Source: Ostrea edulis (taxonomy: Eukaryota). Taken from it: a stretch of DNA of 64,000 nucleotides. The stretch is from NCBI RefSeq assembly GCF_947568905.1, contig NC_079171.1, positions 34,596,001 through 34,660,000 of the forward strand, in the 5' to 3' direction. The position numbers and the translations under genes are program-made. Shown piece after piece: positions 41,279 to 54,344 of this stretch. Positions within the stretch are counted from its first letter, which is position 1; every line of letters starts with the position of its first letter. The notes under the pieces were generated by a model. It made no database searches and was not told the DNA's origin. It saw nothing but the letters and a program-made list of their open reading frames with translations.

Positions 41279-42039
41279 ATAAGGAAATCGGTACATTAAA
41301 TCGATATCGGTAAATTGTCTGCTTTCCTCTACACATTCGACACACTGTAGGCTATTGCATCAATCTTGTCCAAATTAAAACCATATATTCTCTCCCTTCT
41401 CCAGTGTATCGGTTAGAGAAGAACTTATTTTAATTAGATTGAATAATGTTTGTTACACTTTATTTGTACTGATCTATAATTCTTTAAAAAGAATATTATA
41501 ATCAACAAGGTAACACTACATGTTTGCGAACGAAATTTGTAATCTATGATAAGATAGATATTTACTAACACGTTTCACCCTTTAGGGGACCAGTATCTCT
41601 ACCCGAGTCCGTCAATGTTGCTGTAATGTTAATGTTTGAGAACGGGATTTGTCTTAGATTTGGCACGGCGTCAGGTTCAAAGATGTATGCCTGAATATTA
41701 TCTACTAACGGGATGTCATCGGTGTCGGAACATTGACTATCCATCCCGTATAACTCATGACTTTCAACAGAATCTACTCACACCTACATAGCTGCTGTAG
41801 ACATTGAAAAAACAAATCTGCTTTAAAGGAAACTTTTACTAGTACACATGACCTATATAAACAAAAGCAAGACACGAACAATGTTTAGATAACAAAGGCT
41901 TGTGAGATATGTGTCTTTCTTGTAAATCACAGACATTCAAAGTTTGCTTACCACTATCAATACCTTAGTTAAGGATTTTAAACTTTAAAGATGGAAAAAT
42001 GGAATTTACATCATCCGCATGCCGCTTTTAATACTCATA

Positions 42040-44430
42040 TGAAAGGTGAATATAACTAACAGCAATCAATCTCATAACGCTTATAACGAATACAAAATAA
42101 AGAGTGGAGGAAAAACGGACCCATTGACACACCAGAGGTGGGATCAGGTCCCCAGGAGTAGTTAAGACCGGATGTTTCTGTAAAACACATTCTTATTTCT
42201 ATTGATAAATCGGGATTATCAAATCGGTTGTTGCTTCTCGCACACGAAAACCAGTCCATGAGCACACATGAAGTCATCAAACTGTGCACTGCGCATGACA
42301 GTGAGACAGTCCTGTCCGCCATGGGCATTGTCAGGTTGTCCTCCGTACCAAGGTAGCGAAGTGATGTCACCATAACCAACAATCCACTTAAAAGTTCCCT
42401 CAACTTCTCGATCTGTTGCTCCTACCCAAGTAGGGTGATCAAAAGGGTTCACCAGTTCTATAAATGATCTCATTCTCATTAATACCGTGTACCAGATACA
42501 TGGTACAAAATTATATCCATCACAAATTGGTCGTCCTGTGTTAAGAGATATAAACCTGATCAAACAAAAGATGTGCAGAAAAGAATATTCATTGCTACGG
42601 TTAGGAGTAAACATTTCCTCTATATGATTGTGACCTTGACCTTTAAACTGCAAAGTCTATTATCTGGATGATTCAGCTTTCCTTTACAGATGTCATGGAT
42701 GAAGATCCACCATTAGGTCATGTAAGAAGATCCCTTGCTAGTATTCCTATAGTATATGAGATACCATACAGAGACATATCATATCAATGATTAACCTAAT
42801 TAATAAGACAGTGGTAATCTTAAATGTCGATAATTTGTCTAAAATTAGTATATATACTAATATGATCTGCCATTATCTCATTATCTGGAAACTATTTATC
42901 CATATGATTATGTGACCTTTACCTAAGCAATATAGATCACCCACATATCCACCTAACATTGCGTTACTGTGATTGATCAGGATAATGATTCCTACCTACC
43001 GACGTTTGGTAACATAGTTGTCAATAGCCAAGAAGTTTCCTCCGCCGTCTCCAACTGAACAAGGTAGGCGTTTTGATCTTCACATGCAGTCTGAAACCAA
43101 AATGAATTAGGAAATTATTTATACGTTACAGTGCGTAGGCATTTGGGGAAAATTGCTTAAAATAGAAAGAGATATGACCTTGGCGTCGTCCCAGGAAAGT
43201 TTGGTGTTGCTGTAACGGTAGCAAAGATTTATATACGGAGTCCAGTCATCCTCACAACATTCTGAAAAAAATACGCTTCAATCAGTGATATTCTAAGATT
43301 GTCGTTAACGTTTATCTTCAGTAGAACACCTAAATATTAAATCGGAGATGAAAATGCGGTGATCTGTTTCTTGAGCATTCAGAAAAATGCAAGGTGAAGG
43401 TAACGAACAGTGATCAATCTCATAACTCCTACAAGCAATACAAAATAGATAGTTGGGCAAACACGGACCCCTGGACACACTAGAGTCGCTATAGATAACG
43501 GACAGTGATTAATCTTATAAAGAATACAAAATCAAGACATGCAAATACGGATTCCTGGGCATACCAAGGTGGAACCAGGTGCTTAGAATTCAATATGTTT
43601 AAAAGTAAACATCCCCTGTCAACCCATTACCGTGAGTCAAAGATCAGAGTGTAAAACGGCCCAACAATTGGTATTAATATCAAAATCTTTGTCACAGACA
43701 TATTTCCACTATCCAGTCAATCATTCTGTAAAATATAAAGGTCCTCATTTGTTAGACAGATAAACCATGTACTTTATCTGTAATATTTCCTCAAAACTAA
43801 ATCCAACAACGTGAATTTTTTTCTCATAAATGAGGAAAACAAAAGTCCTTGCCACATTTATACACTCTGTAAAATGAGGTCATCACTTGTTAGAAATAAT
43901 CTAATCTGTAAGTAGTATTTTCTGAAAATACTATAAAGAATACAAAATTAAAACATGAGCAAATATGAACTCCTGTATTTAACGGAAGTGGAACCAGGTG
44001 CCTAGGAGGAGTAAGCATTTCCTTTCGGCCGATGTCACACCCACCGTAAGCCCTATATATTGATCAGTTAAACGAAGTCATCCGTAGTCGAAATAAATGT
44101 GTAAAACCCGATCTTACAATCGATTCCATACAAGCTGCATATGGTGTTTATGCCTTCCAACTGATTCAAAAGTATCATCTGCTTTTGATCACTTTTTCAA
44201 TCAAGGCATCTGACAAATCGATGTTACGGGGGTTCCAACAGTCTTCTGATGAAAGCACGAAAGGTAAAGATAACAAACATTGACGAATTGTCAAACCTAC
44301 TTTAAATAACACGAAATAGGGAGTTGGGTAAACACGGACTCCTGGATACACCAGAGGTTGGATCAGGTGTCTAAGGGGCTTAAGCGTTCCCTGTTAACCG
44401 GTCAAACCTACCGTAAGCCCTTCATCTTGC
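42040..44430 (-). repeat. Cluster of degenerate Penelope-like 3' modules around and within the lectin gene (~42040-42160, 43395-43630, 43930-44100, 44260-44430)
   Basis: Recurrent GGTGAAGATAACGAACAGTGATCAATCTC and GGATCAGGTGCCTAGG motifs. Confidence 0.7.
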
Positions 44431-45181
44431 TCCGATAAACTAGTATTTCCAGAGATTCATGTTTGCCCGACTCATAATATTATATTTTTACGGCATTTAA
44501 TGTTCTCAATTTTCACATATTCATATTGTGAAGTACATGATATCTTCTCAAAAGTGCCTTAATGTCAGAGCAAAAACACGACGTAATTGCTCATTTAATA
44601 TAGTTATGGTCATTGATTACCTATGAAATATTAACGACAATGAATATACATTTGATATTTTTTTAGGGAATGATACTCATGGTGTATATATTCATTTAAC
44701 ATCAAGAAATAATTTTGGAACGAAATTCACATAAGGTTTCTTTTTGCTTGGAATTGCTCATATATTATATGAAAATGCTACTTAGTCCAGTGGAACTACT
44801 GATGCAAACACAATAAATTGTACACAAACCTCCCGTTCTTCGAATTTTGCGAAAATATTCCCACTCATCCTTTGTGGCATTGACGTCCTTATTGGTCTCA
44901 TTCAGGTTGCGCTGTAGCAATTTGCATTTCATTTGCTCTCCATTGTACAAAAGTCCTACACAATTGGGGCGCTCACGGTGGCAGATCGAAAAACATCTGA
45001 TTATATCGAGTCCAGTGAAAGAGTTAATGTAGAAATATTCATCGTTCGGAACAGTGCTATCGTACACCATGTCTCGTTCAAATGACGTTCCACATCCATA
45101 TTGAAATGCTGCAGTATGCTTAATTTTGACAATTGTCAAAACCACAGATGTACAAAATGTTTGCAATCCTAAATCAAACAT
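42219..45181 (-). CDS. Secreted PAN/apple + C-type lectin domain protein (perlucin-like), 4 exons, ~254 aa
   Basis: Exons 45181-44830, 43261-43179, 43090-43000, 42457-42219 with GT-AG borders and matching phases. Hydrophobic N-terminus; PAN-like CFSICHRERPNCVGLLY...C; CTLD CEDDWTPYINLCY, WDDAKTAC, WVGATD, GQPDN, QDC, FDDFMC, FVCEK. Confidence 0.88.
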
Positions 45182-46383
45182 GTTGGGCTGTAAATGTCAA
45201 ATTTCCTTTTGTATCATACAACAAGTCCCTTTGCAATTATTCTACAGGCAGATCCTCTCTGACTGTAACGTTAAATAATATATGTACGTATTTCTACTGC
45301 TTTGGAAATGTTAATTTATCTGTAAGAGATACATTATTTATTTATGTTAAATTGTATCCATCCTGATGTCTCGTAATAAAAGGGAATTTTACGATTTCTC
45401 TGTTTATGCATATTGGATTACATTCCTTTCGATAATTGTTTACTTATAAAGAGCCGTCACCAATTTTGGATGATATCACAGAGAGTTATTGATCAAATGA
45501 ACACAACTTATTTGAAGTAAAAATGCAATGTCAAATCTATTATATATCATGTGTTTTGCATCAAATTGAGTCAACGACAAACTGAAATCGATTATGTCTT
45601 GTATTTCCAAAAGTATACAATGTATATCCCTGAAACAACACTGTGTAAATATTCATTATCGTTTAGGAATATATATTTTTTATAATTACGCAACTAGGTT
45701 AAGGGCGTCCATAGTCAAATGCACAATAATCATGGGGTGAAAGTGCACCTCAAATTCACAGGTATCATTACACTTGTTACGGTTAAACACCGAAACAATA
45801 CTACCCATATGTTGACTGTGACTCAGCTACCGTATATTCCCCTCATGGTAATTTCCCGTGACGTCACTTAGATATCACGGAACACTTTATTTTTGGACAA
45901 AAGCAAGAGGCCCTACTTGTGAACAAACGTTCAGGTTCATGCGGGTAACGAGCTGAATTTTTATTGATATACGCAGAAAAAAATAAAAATCCTTAACATG
46001 AAAAGTCTTGGGAGCAAATGCATACTCGAACTAACCATGCTGTAATTTAACAACATATCAACAGTCATCAGCGAATTACCGGGGTTGTCCATATTCTTAT
46101 ATATATCATACCGTTAATATACGAGTCAGAAATTGCTCCCCGCACTTTTCAAACGCATAAATATATTTAGATTATAAAGCAGAAAAAATTGTATTGTTTC
46201 TAATAGCAGGTGAACCGCAGTTTCTGTAGTATGAGATTATTTATGTACATGAGGTAATTTTTAAACGCATCAGTCATTCAGAATAGGTGCGATTTCAAGG
46301 TCACCATATAATATAAACATCACCTTCGTGCATGCTATATATAAAAAAAATTAGAATGATTTGATATCTCATAAAGTATAAAG

Positions 46384-46407
46384 TAATAATAATAATAATA
46401 ATAATAA

Positions 46408-46464
<57 letters not shown>
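46384..46464 (+). repeat. Compound (AAT)n(AT)n microsatellite
   Basis: Direct reading. Confidence 0.95.
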
Positions 46465-46466
<2 letters not shown>

Positions 46467-46734
46467 ACTGGATATATTTTCACGTATACAGTTTATCACT
46501 TGGTAACAGTAGTAAATAAGGACAACATATTATGGCACTTTCACCGCGATACAACTATCAGAACATGTATGCTGTGACGTACTTAGTCATTGTGACGTCA
46601 CTTGGTGCGAAGTGCACAGAGGTACATTTATAACAGCACTGATTTTCTCGGATAGCCTTAACTGAGCTGCGTACCAGCTATTAATCAATTTCGTGTTTGT
46701 CGTTGAAACAATTTGATGTAAAAAGCATAAAGTG

Positions 46735-46880
46735 AAAGGTGAAGATAACGAACAGTGATCAATCGCATAACTCATAAAAGCAATACAAAATAGAGAGTTG
46801 GGCAAACACATACCCCTGGATACACCAGAAGCGGGATCAGGTGCCTAGGGGGAGTAACCATCCCCTATCGACCGGCCACA
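46735..46880 (-). repeat. Solo Penelope-like 3' module
   Basis: AAAGGTGAAGATAACGAACAGTGATCAATC...GGGATCAGGTGCCTAGG. Confidence 0.8.
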
Positions 46881-47277
46881 CTAGGTGGATCCTTAACGAC
46901 GATTTGTGAAGCGGAAAGTTTAAATATATGCAGATAGTTTGCATGTTGACATCAATTATTGGGAGTGTAACAAAACGTGCTTTATTAAGGTTACTACTAC
47001 TTTTAATACATTAGAAATGTTGTAAAAATCTTTTAAATGGCGTCGAACACTGTCTACAATATATAAAACACCAAACTTGCAGGCCTTCTAGAATCTACCG
47101 ATTCAAGGTTAGATTAAAAATAAAGCTTTTCACTATTCTGGACTGTGCTGTTAAAACCGACCTACTCCAAACAGTTTCTGCTGAGAGCTATCTTTTTTAT
47201 GTATGCCTTTTCATGTTACTTCCATACAACACTGAAATAATAAAGAATATCGTCCTTGTTCCTTCATTTCTATTATC

Positions 47278-49750
47278 AGTCGTTAGTTTGCTGTTTATGT
47301 CTATTTTCAATAAAATATATAAGTATGAAGCAGAAGTGGACGACTCTGTGGTGTCCTTTATTTCGAGCTCACAGGGATATATTAAATCGACACATCAATG
47401 AAAGCTATTATTGTTAATAGACAAAACGTCATCGATATATCTTAATGTCAAATTGAAGGTCACAGTGAGATATTCTTCTCCTCGCGTAGAGGTTTTTGAA
47501 TAAATTCTGCTTCATGTGAATATAGAAACAGGTCAGCTAACAAAGGAGCACAATTCGTGCACATGGGAATTCCAGCAGACTGTTGGAAGACCTGATCACC
47601 AAAAACCACGAAGATATTGTTAACGAGGAACTCTAGCATATTTTTTTATTTCAACTTCAGAGTACGTCTGGTGAAATCAGAGTGATGTTTAACAAAGTAA
47701 GTTTTTGAATGATTGATCACTAGATATGAATATTTCCGTTTTCCGTTTTTGTTGAAGAAACAACCGTCTATGATGTCAAAAAGTCTTTAATTTATCGTGA
47801 GGAATGGTCGTGTATGGTGTTGAAAAGTTATAGGTTTTAATGTTAATGATTTGGGAAAAATTCTGCGATTTTAAGTTTACTAAAAATTCTTTCGAATTTT
47901 TTTTAGAATCCACCTTCGCAGTTGTATTCAGTAGGGCCATAGAAATATGTCAGAGGAAAAAAAACATTATAAACAGGTCAATTTTTGACAATTTCTATAC
48001 ATACAACCCTTATATACAAAAATATGGATATTTGATTAAGTGCATATTGACCTCCCATACATTTTTCACCAGACCGACAATCTCTAGATCAGCTGTATAT
48101 CACATGATCAAATATCAAGATAAAATCGTACCGTGTATGTATAAATCGTTCCATTGGCACGATATCCAGATATCAATGCAAGTTGAAGTTAACATAACTT
48201 CGAAACACATTAATTTCTTAATTTTAAAATTGATGAGTGCAAGTTTATTGTGACTTGTAACATGTCTAATTTTTGCATTGAATATGCAAGATGTGGTGAT
48301 TTTTTGCATATACGAAGTTGACTCTAGCCTGAAAAAAACTTGTTTTCTGTTGAAGCCACAACTTGCTCCCCTAACTTTCCTTTTGCACTGAAGTTCACAT
48401 GTCACATAAATCAAACATCTTTCACTCAAAAACCTCGGGGTGTCGTGCCAATGATGAAATTTGTATGTACGGAAACCCTGTTTAGGCAAATGAATTCATT
48501 GTGAAAGTCACTATATACGTGCATATTAGGAGCGATATCAAGATCACAATATAATATGGATATTACTTCAGCATGGATGTTATATAAAGAAGAAATTGAA
48601 AATAATTCAATATCAAAGAGAATTAATACAACTCATTTGACAGAAACTTTTACATGATTGCGGTTTATTATTTGACAGCGGTGGTAAATATCGAAAAATA
48701 TTTTGACATTTCCAACCGCAAAAGGAATGTAGATAGGTACGTCATGACCTTCATCACGACGTATTTTTCATTGTGACGTCATGTAATGTACCAGTGCGGT
48801 AAAGCACATTTTTAAAGTACTGGTGTTTATGAGGAAAACCTTAACTCAACTGCGTTTGATTAACACCACTTCTGGCATATGTAGTCGCACAGTAAGTTTG
48901 AAGTTTCTCCTTCACAGCTGTTGATATTTTCGTGAGGAGCAAAGATAGGGGCTTTGTAGAGCACTTACTGGATCCAGCAATGTATCTTTGTTTGTAAGGG
49001 ATTGTATGTAGTTTAGGAATCCAGTGTAGGTACGGTAACTCATATTAATTTCACCCATTGACTGGGATATTTAATGTCTCTAAAACTGAAACATGGTTTT
49101 GAAGAATTTCATCATTTGAAAGGGCAGTTGGAGTATAAGTATGATTACCAAAAGTGGAATTAATGCCAAGTTCGTTTAAAATACAGTTGTAATAATGAGC
49201 CTTACAAACAAAGACAATGTTGTTACTAGCTTTGTCAGCTGGAACTAAAACATATTCCTCATGTAACCTATTTAATTTTTTTATCACTATGGTTTACTTA
49301 ACACAGAAGGATAGATGGTACGTACTTGTGTTTTCGTATGTCTAATGCTAGATTGTAATATCCCTCTTATGCTTCTAACCCATTCTGATAATGTATCAAG
49401 TTCTTCTTTTTCATGTTTAGCCCATCGTCTGGCATAATCTTCGACATAATTCATAATAGAGATGAAGTTCTGTCGCCAATTAAAAGACCGAGGTTCTCTG
49501 TAATTGAGACCTTTTAGAATAAGTGATTTGGGGTCCTCATTTTCAACTATATCAACATCACCATAAATGCCATGTCCAGCTGGACTATAGTTGAAAGAAG
49601 ATGAAGAACAAGAACATGTTAGTGGATTACGTATAAGATGGTCTATATCGAGGCACTGTAATGTTTGTTTATAATTCAAAAGTTTGGATGCAAGAGTAGA
49701 AGTATAGCTGTAAGAAATACAGGGTGTAGACTTGAACTTAAAATATATCT
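47278..49750 (-). mobile_element. Penelope-like retroelement (probably Naiad-type), decayed and split by an insertion at 47917-48854
   Basis: Upstream part: CSCSSSSFNYSPAGH, KG(L)NYREP, VPADKASNNIVFVCK, YLHWIPKL, YIAGSSKCSTKPLS, SGVNQ. Downstream part: WILKNSK, IKTYNFST, QQSAGIPMCTNCAPLLADLFLY, RYIDDVL. Confidence 0.88.
47917..48854. mobile_element. Non-autonomous DNA element with short TIRs (CGCAGTTG...CAACTGCG), apparent 2-bp TT target duplication
   Basis: Interrupts the PLE RT exactly between NQ(M) and WIL; 8-bp perfect TIR; TT on both flanks. Confidence 0.6.
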
Positions 49751-51385
49751 TGATGTATTTAAAGACCCAATTTTAAATTGACACCCCCAAATTGTAAGCT
49801 TCCTGCCAATTAAACATTTAATTATATATCTCAGGTGGAGTGACATCTGCAGACACTGTGGTCTGGGGCTACCCCAGAGAGGTGTTTTGATAACAATAAC
49901 AGCCAGTATCTACAGGCATTCTTTAGATCTTGAGGATTCCCATTATACCTGAGTTTTGATAGCAATGACCTGTCCACATCTGCTATTTTCTTGTAATTCA
50001 ATTGTTTTTAAAAAGGCCCCTGAACAATGCAATTTCAATATAATTGTAATTTTCACCCTCTATATACCTCTACATGTATTATAATTACACTATCATAAAT
50101 CAAACAATAATTTGCATAATAAGTTTTAAAACTTGTAACCTATTGAAATAATTTATGTCATCAATTTATGATACCTCTATATTTATAACAGAAATTATTC
50201 AGTCAATGACAGAGAGAGATAAAGAGTGGTGGGTGTAGAATGTGTGTCAGCTACCATTAGGAATACAACCATTATTCAAACACTATGACTACATAAACTT
50301 TGCAGAGGTCCCTGAGACAGGTCCTATGTATATCAAAACTATAAAAAAAAACATGGAAAAGTAGATTTCTGCCATGTTCTGCCTCTGTGTATTTCTTTGA
50401 ATGCCATGGGATATAGCAATTAACACCTTGGTAGATCCTGGCCACTCCAGGTAAATAACATCTGTTTAGATTAGGCTCTGCCTACATTTTCACTGACCGT
50501 ACGGTCATGAGATGGGTCTTTAAGGTAGAACTACCATATCTTGTTTATATATTTTTTATGACAATGCTTTGTATGTGATGCTATGTTGTTTGATCTGGCG
50601 ACCGTCATCTTGATGTTTGACTTACTTTTAAAGACAATATCTAGGCTATTCAATATCTCCAGAAGTATTTAAGGTAAAATTTTATGCTTAGAATATAGAT
50701 TTCCTTTGCAAAAATGCAACATGAATTAGAATATTTTGAATATGTAAAAAATAAATATGCTTAAAAACAGCTCAATATGAACCCCCATCTGCCTGTTTAA
50801 TACAAGTAATTTCCCCAAGCGGGTACTAATTATCACCAAAAAAAAGCCTGTACAAACTTGCACCAGTGCAGATATATACTGATGATCTCAATTAAGTGAT
50901 AAAAAATCTTAATGGTTATATTACATTAAACATAGACAACAGTGTAATTGCTCGTGTGAAAAATGTACTAAATATGATGCTAAACTTTTATGTCACCACT
51001 CGATTTGATCGCTCGGACACCAAATCTTTTGGAACTCTAGAAATGTTTACCAACATTTAAGGATGTATGATACACCAGAGAAATTTGATATGGATAAGAA
51101 GTAAAAGCTATGGACAACAATATTTTGAAATTGAAAATTTTCAAATTTACTTTATTTAGTCACAAAATGCAGTTTTGATAGAAAGACAAAATCCAAAACC
51201 CCTAAGAGACTCGAACACACGATCATCGATTCAGCAGTCGACGTGCTAACCTACTGAGCTACTCAACTAGACAATGCTTTTTAAAATGAATATACAACAT
51301 TGCTACTATTTATATTTTCATCCATGTTTTAAAAGGAAATAAGCCATTATGACGATATAAAGTGCCTCCTAAAACTGATAACTGC

Positions 51386-52447
51386 AATTTTATGACAGTT
51401 TCTCATAGATACTTCTCACAAAATGAGAAAATAATTGTACGTTTTTTTCTTTTCTACAATGTACGACAACAGGCAATATTTCTGTTGTAATCTTCGTGTT
51501 TTACTAGGTTTACCTGTACTTAACGAGATTGAAAGAGGTTGGTTTTGCTCATTTATACAAATTCCCTTGTTCACTCATTCATGAAAGATGTAACTGCCTT
51601 CTTCCCATCATCTACCATTAAAGTGCCATTGTTTATAGCGTTGTGTACGGTGTTTTCCATTTTTTATCGACTTCAAAACGCTGGGTTTAACTTTGAGAGA
51701 CGAATTACGATGAGATTACCGGAGAGTCTCTGAACCAAATTCAAAGATATAATTTACACACCAACACAGGTCAAATTTACCAATCTAACTCTTAGCGTGT
51801 ATTAAAGAACAAAATTCGTAATGAGTTATCGTTTTTACAAATGACTGCCTGACATTACTAAAGTTTCCCTCAGCAAAGTATCCGAGCTTGGAACTCGAGA
51901 AATGTTCACCAACATTGAAACGATAAACTCAATTTAATGACAGTCTGTCATAGATACTTCTTGCTAAATGAGAAAATGATCGTACGCATTTTTCTTTTCT
52001 GCAATATACGATGACATGCAACATTTCTGTCGTGATATTCTTCGTGTTATATTAGGTTTACCTGCACTTAACGATATTGAAAGCAGTCGGTTTAGCGCAT
52101 TGATTTAAATTATCTTGTTCACTCAGACATGAAAGATACACCTGCCTTCTTCCCATCATTTACCATAAAAGTGTCATTGTTTATGGCGTTATGTAAAATA
52201 TACGATGTTTTTTTCTTTTTGTATCGATTTCACGACGCCGGGTTTAACTTTGCAAAACGAAATAAGAGAAGGTCACCGGAGAGTCTTTGAACCAAACTCA
52301 AAGATATAAATCTCACATCAGCACAGTTGAAATATGTTTGGTGTATCTAACTTTTTACGTTTAGTAAAGAATGCAATTCGTAATAATTTATCGTTTTACT
52401 AAGGACTCCCTGATATTACTTACGTTTTCCTCTGCAAATTATCCGAG
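51386..52447 (+). repeat. Diverged direct tandem duplication, period ~545 bp
   Basis: Collinear blocks at 51386 and 51931 (e.g. AACTGCCTTCTTCCCATCAT / ACCTGCCTTCTTCCCATCAT; CCGGAGAGTCT..GAACCAAA). Confidence 0.9.
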
Positions 52448-54089
52448 ATTATACATGTAGCATACAGTACAAGTGAATTTAAGGGGAGGGCCTAAACTTC
52501 TCGATGTTCATTCCATTATATGTCCTTTACCAGAATTAAATTCACATGTTTATGGAGTACATCTATATCAGTAACGTAAAACAATTAAACCAACCCATCG
52601 GAATATCATGTTTTAACAATAGAAAATATATTTATTTCAATCGGAATTCAAATTCAAATTTCAATATATCAGATTTTGTGTGCCAGTTAAGGTTCAATTA
52701 GGTTCAAGTGTACTTAACGGTTTAAAAAACATCAGGACATTTAAAAGTAGCAAGTTGCTCTCAAACGACCTAAAAATACATTTCAAGAAATTTGAAATAA
52801 AAGAGTAATATTGACGAAGATGAACATGATAAATGTATACGTCACAGCTCTTTAGCCCGATTGTTGCATCCGTATTAGTCTGTCTTTCTGGTGGAACAAG
52901 ATTGGAATCTTCGGGGCCCATCCATGTCTTGTTTCAATGTCACCTTCGTTTATGATAATTATTTATTTTCGTTGCATGACAAATCACGAGCGACTGAAAG
53001 GGATTATACAATGCAGGTATATTTATATTGTTTCCTTTATTATGTATCCCTATCAGTGCTTTCTTTTCAGCTAGGTGAATTTAAAGCATACAACTTACAC
53101 GAATATTGTACTGTCTGTTGAGTTTACATGTTTTGCACCTCGAACAAAAGATTTTTCCTTTACCAAATCACTTTAAACCAGTCATTATCAATGAGTGGCA
53201 GATATCAAGGGCAATGTAATATGCTCTGTGAACACAGTGTTTCCATTCATTTAGTAAACATTGAATTAGAAAAAAACGTATGCATGCAGTAGGAAAATCT
53301 TGGGTGGCCTGGGCAATCAATAGAAACAGGAAATCAATTATGGCGATATAGTGATACATAAATCCATACTCGAGTTAGGATCTTTTGAAGTATTCGTTAT
53401 GTACCATCATTAACACTTCATTGAAATATAATAAAACGAATGCTCGTCATCTTGTTTTAGGTAAAGTTTACAAAACGACACACCCAGAAACCTAACCCGT
53501 ACTTTGAAATAAATTGAAAAGAGGGAGGGGTAGTTTTATTTTACTCTGTCATCATCTTTCTGTTGGTCACACAGTTCATTCAAACAGAACTTTTTTGAGA
53601 TGAAATCTAGGTATCGCACGCCTTTTCTATTATGACCGAAAATAATGAATTTTGACTGAAACCAAGACATTATACATGATCCCAAAGCACAAATGAAGAT
53701 ATTCTAAATATGTAAAAACATAAGTAGGTTTGATTCTTAGTGTGGAATGATAGCGTGCTACTAAAAAGATGATCGTTGTTGGCGATGTTCGAAAAAAATC
53801 ATTGTGGTGGCAAGATCGTATTTCTAAAGATTATGTGTGATTTTAAATCTGATCAGTGTATAACCATTGCAGTAATATACTTATAATGTCGGCTAAATGG
53901 GGGATATTTTTATTTTGCTGATGGAACTAAAATGTCGAGTCTGAAAATCGAAACCGATAGTGAATATCGCTGCGATAAAATCACAATTTCAGCAAATAGG
54001 ATATTTTTTTTAAAAATTGGTAAACAGGATAAATTTTTAATTTAATTTAGGGAACGTTGATAATAATATATGATACTTTATGGCTTTTC

Positions 54090-54125
<36 letters not shown>

Positions 54126-54160
54126 CTATCTATCTATCTATCTATATATATATATATATT
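54090..54160 (+). repeat. (TATC)n/(TA)n microsatellite; a further (TA)n at ~54304-54341
   Basis: Direct reading. Confidence 0.9.
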
Positions 54161-54259
54161 AAAAGAAATAGAATAAACAGTACACAAAGTTAAAAATTTA
54201 ACGCAAGCATTTTCATTTTGTGTAACTTTGTGTACTGTTTATTTTATTTCTTTTAATAT
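54156..54259. repeat. Palindrome, 37-bp arms with 1 mismatch
   Basis: ATATTAAAAGAAATAGAATAAACAGTACACAAAGTTA ... TAACTTTGTGTACTGTTTATTTTATTTCTTTTAATAT. Confidence 0.92.
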
Positions 54260-54300
54260 TTTATACCGGACTCTGTGATTTTTTTTAAAAACACAATTTG

Positions 54301-54344
<44 letters not shown>

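Noticed and set aside
47380-47420. In-frame TGA in the PLE RT as selenocysteine
   Set aside because: It aligns with TCA (Ser, HSYV) in the 2.2-kb copy, so it is a simple nonsense mutation.
51201-51262. Possible tRNA gene
   Set aside because: A/B boxes are present but there is no acceptor stem and the anticodon loop is irregular; it is part of a dispersed repeat.
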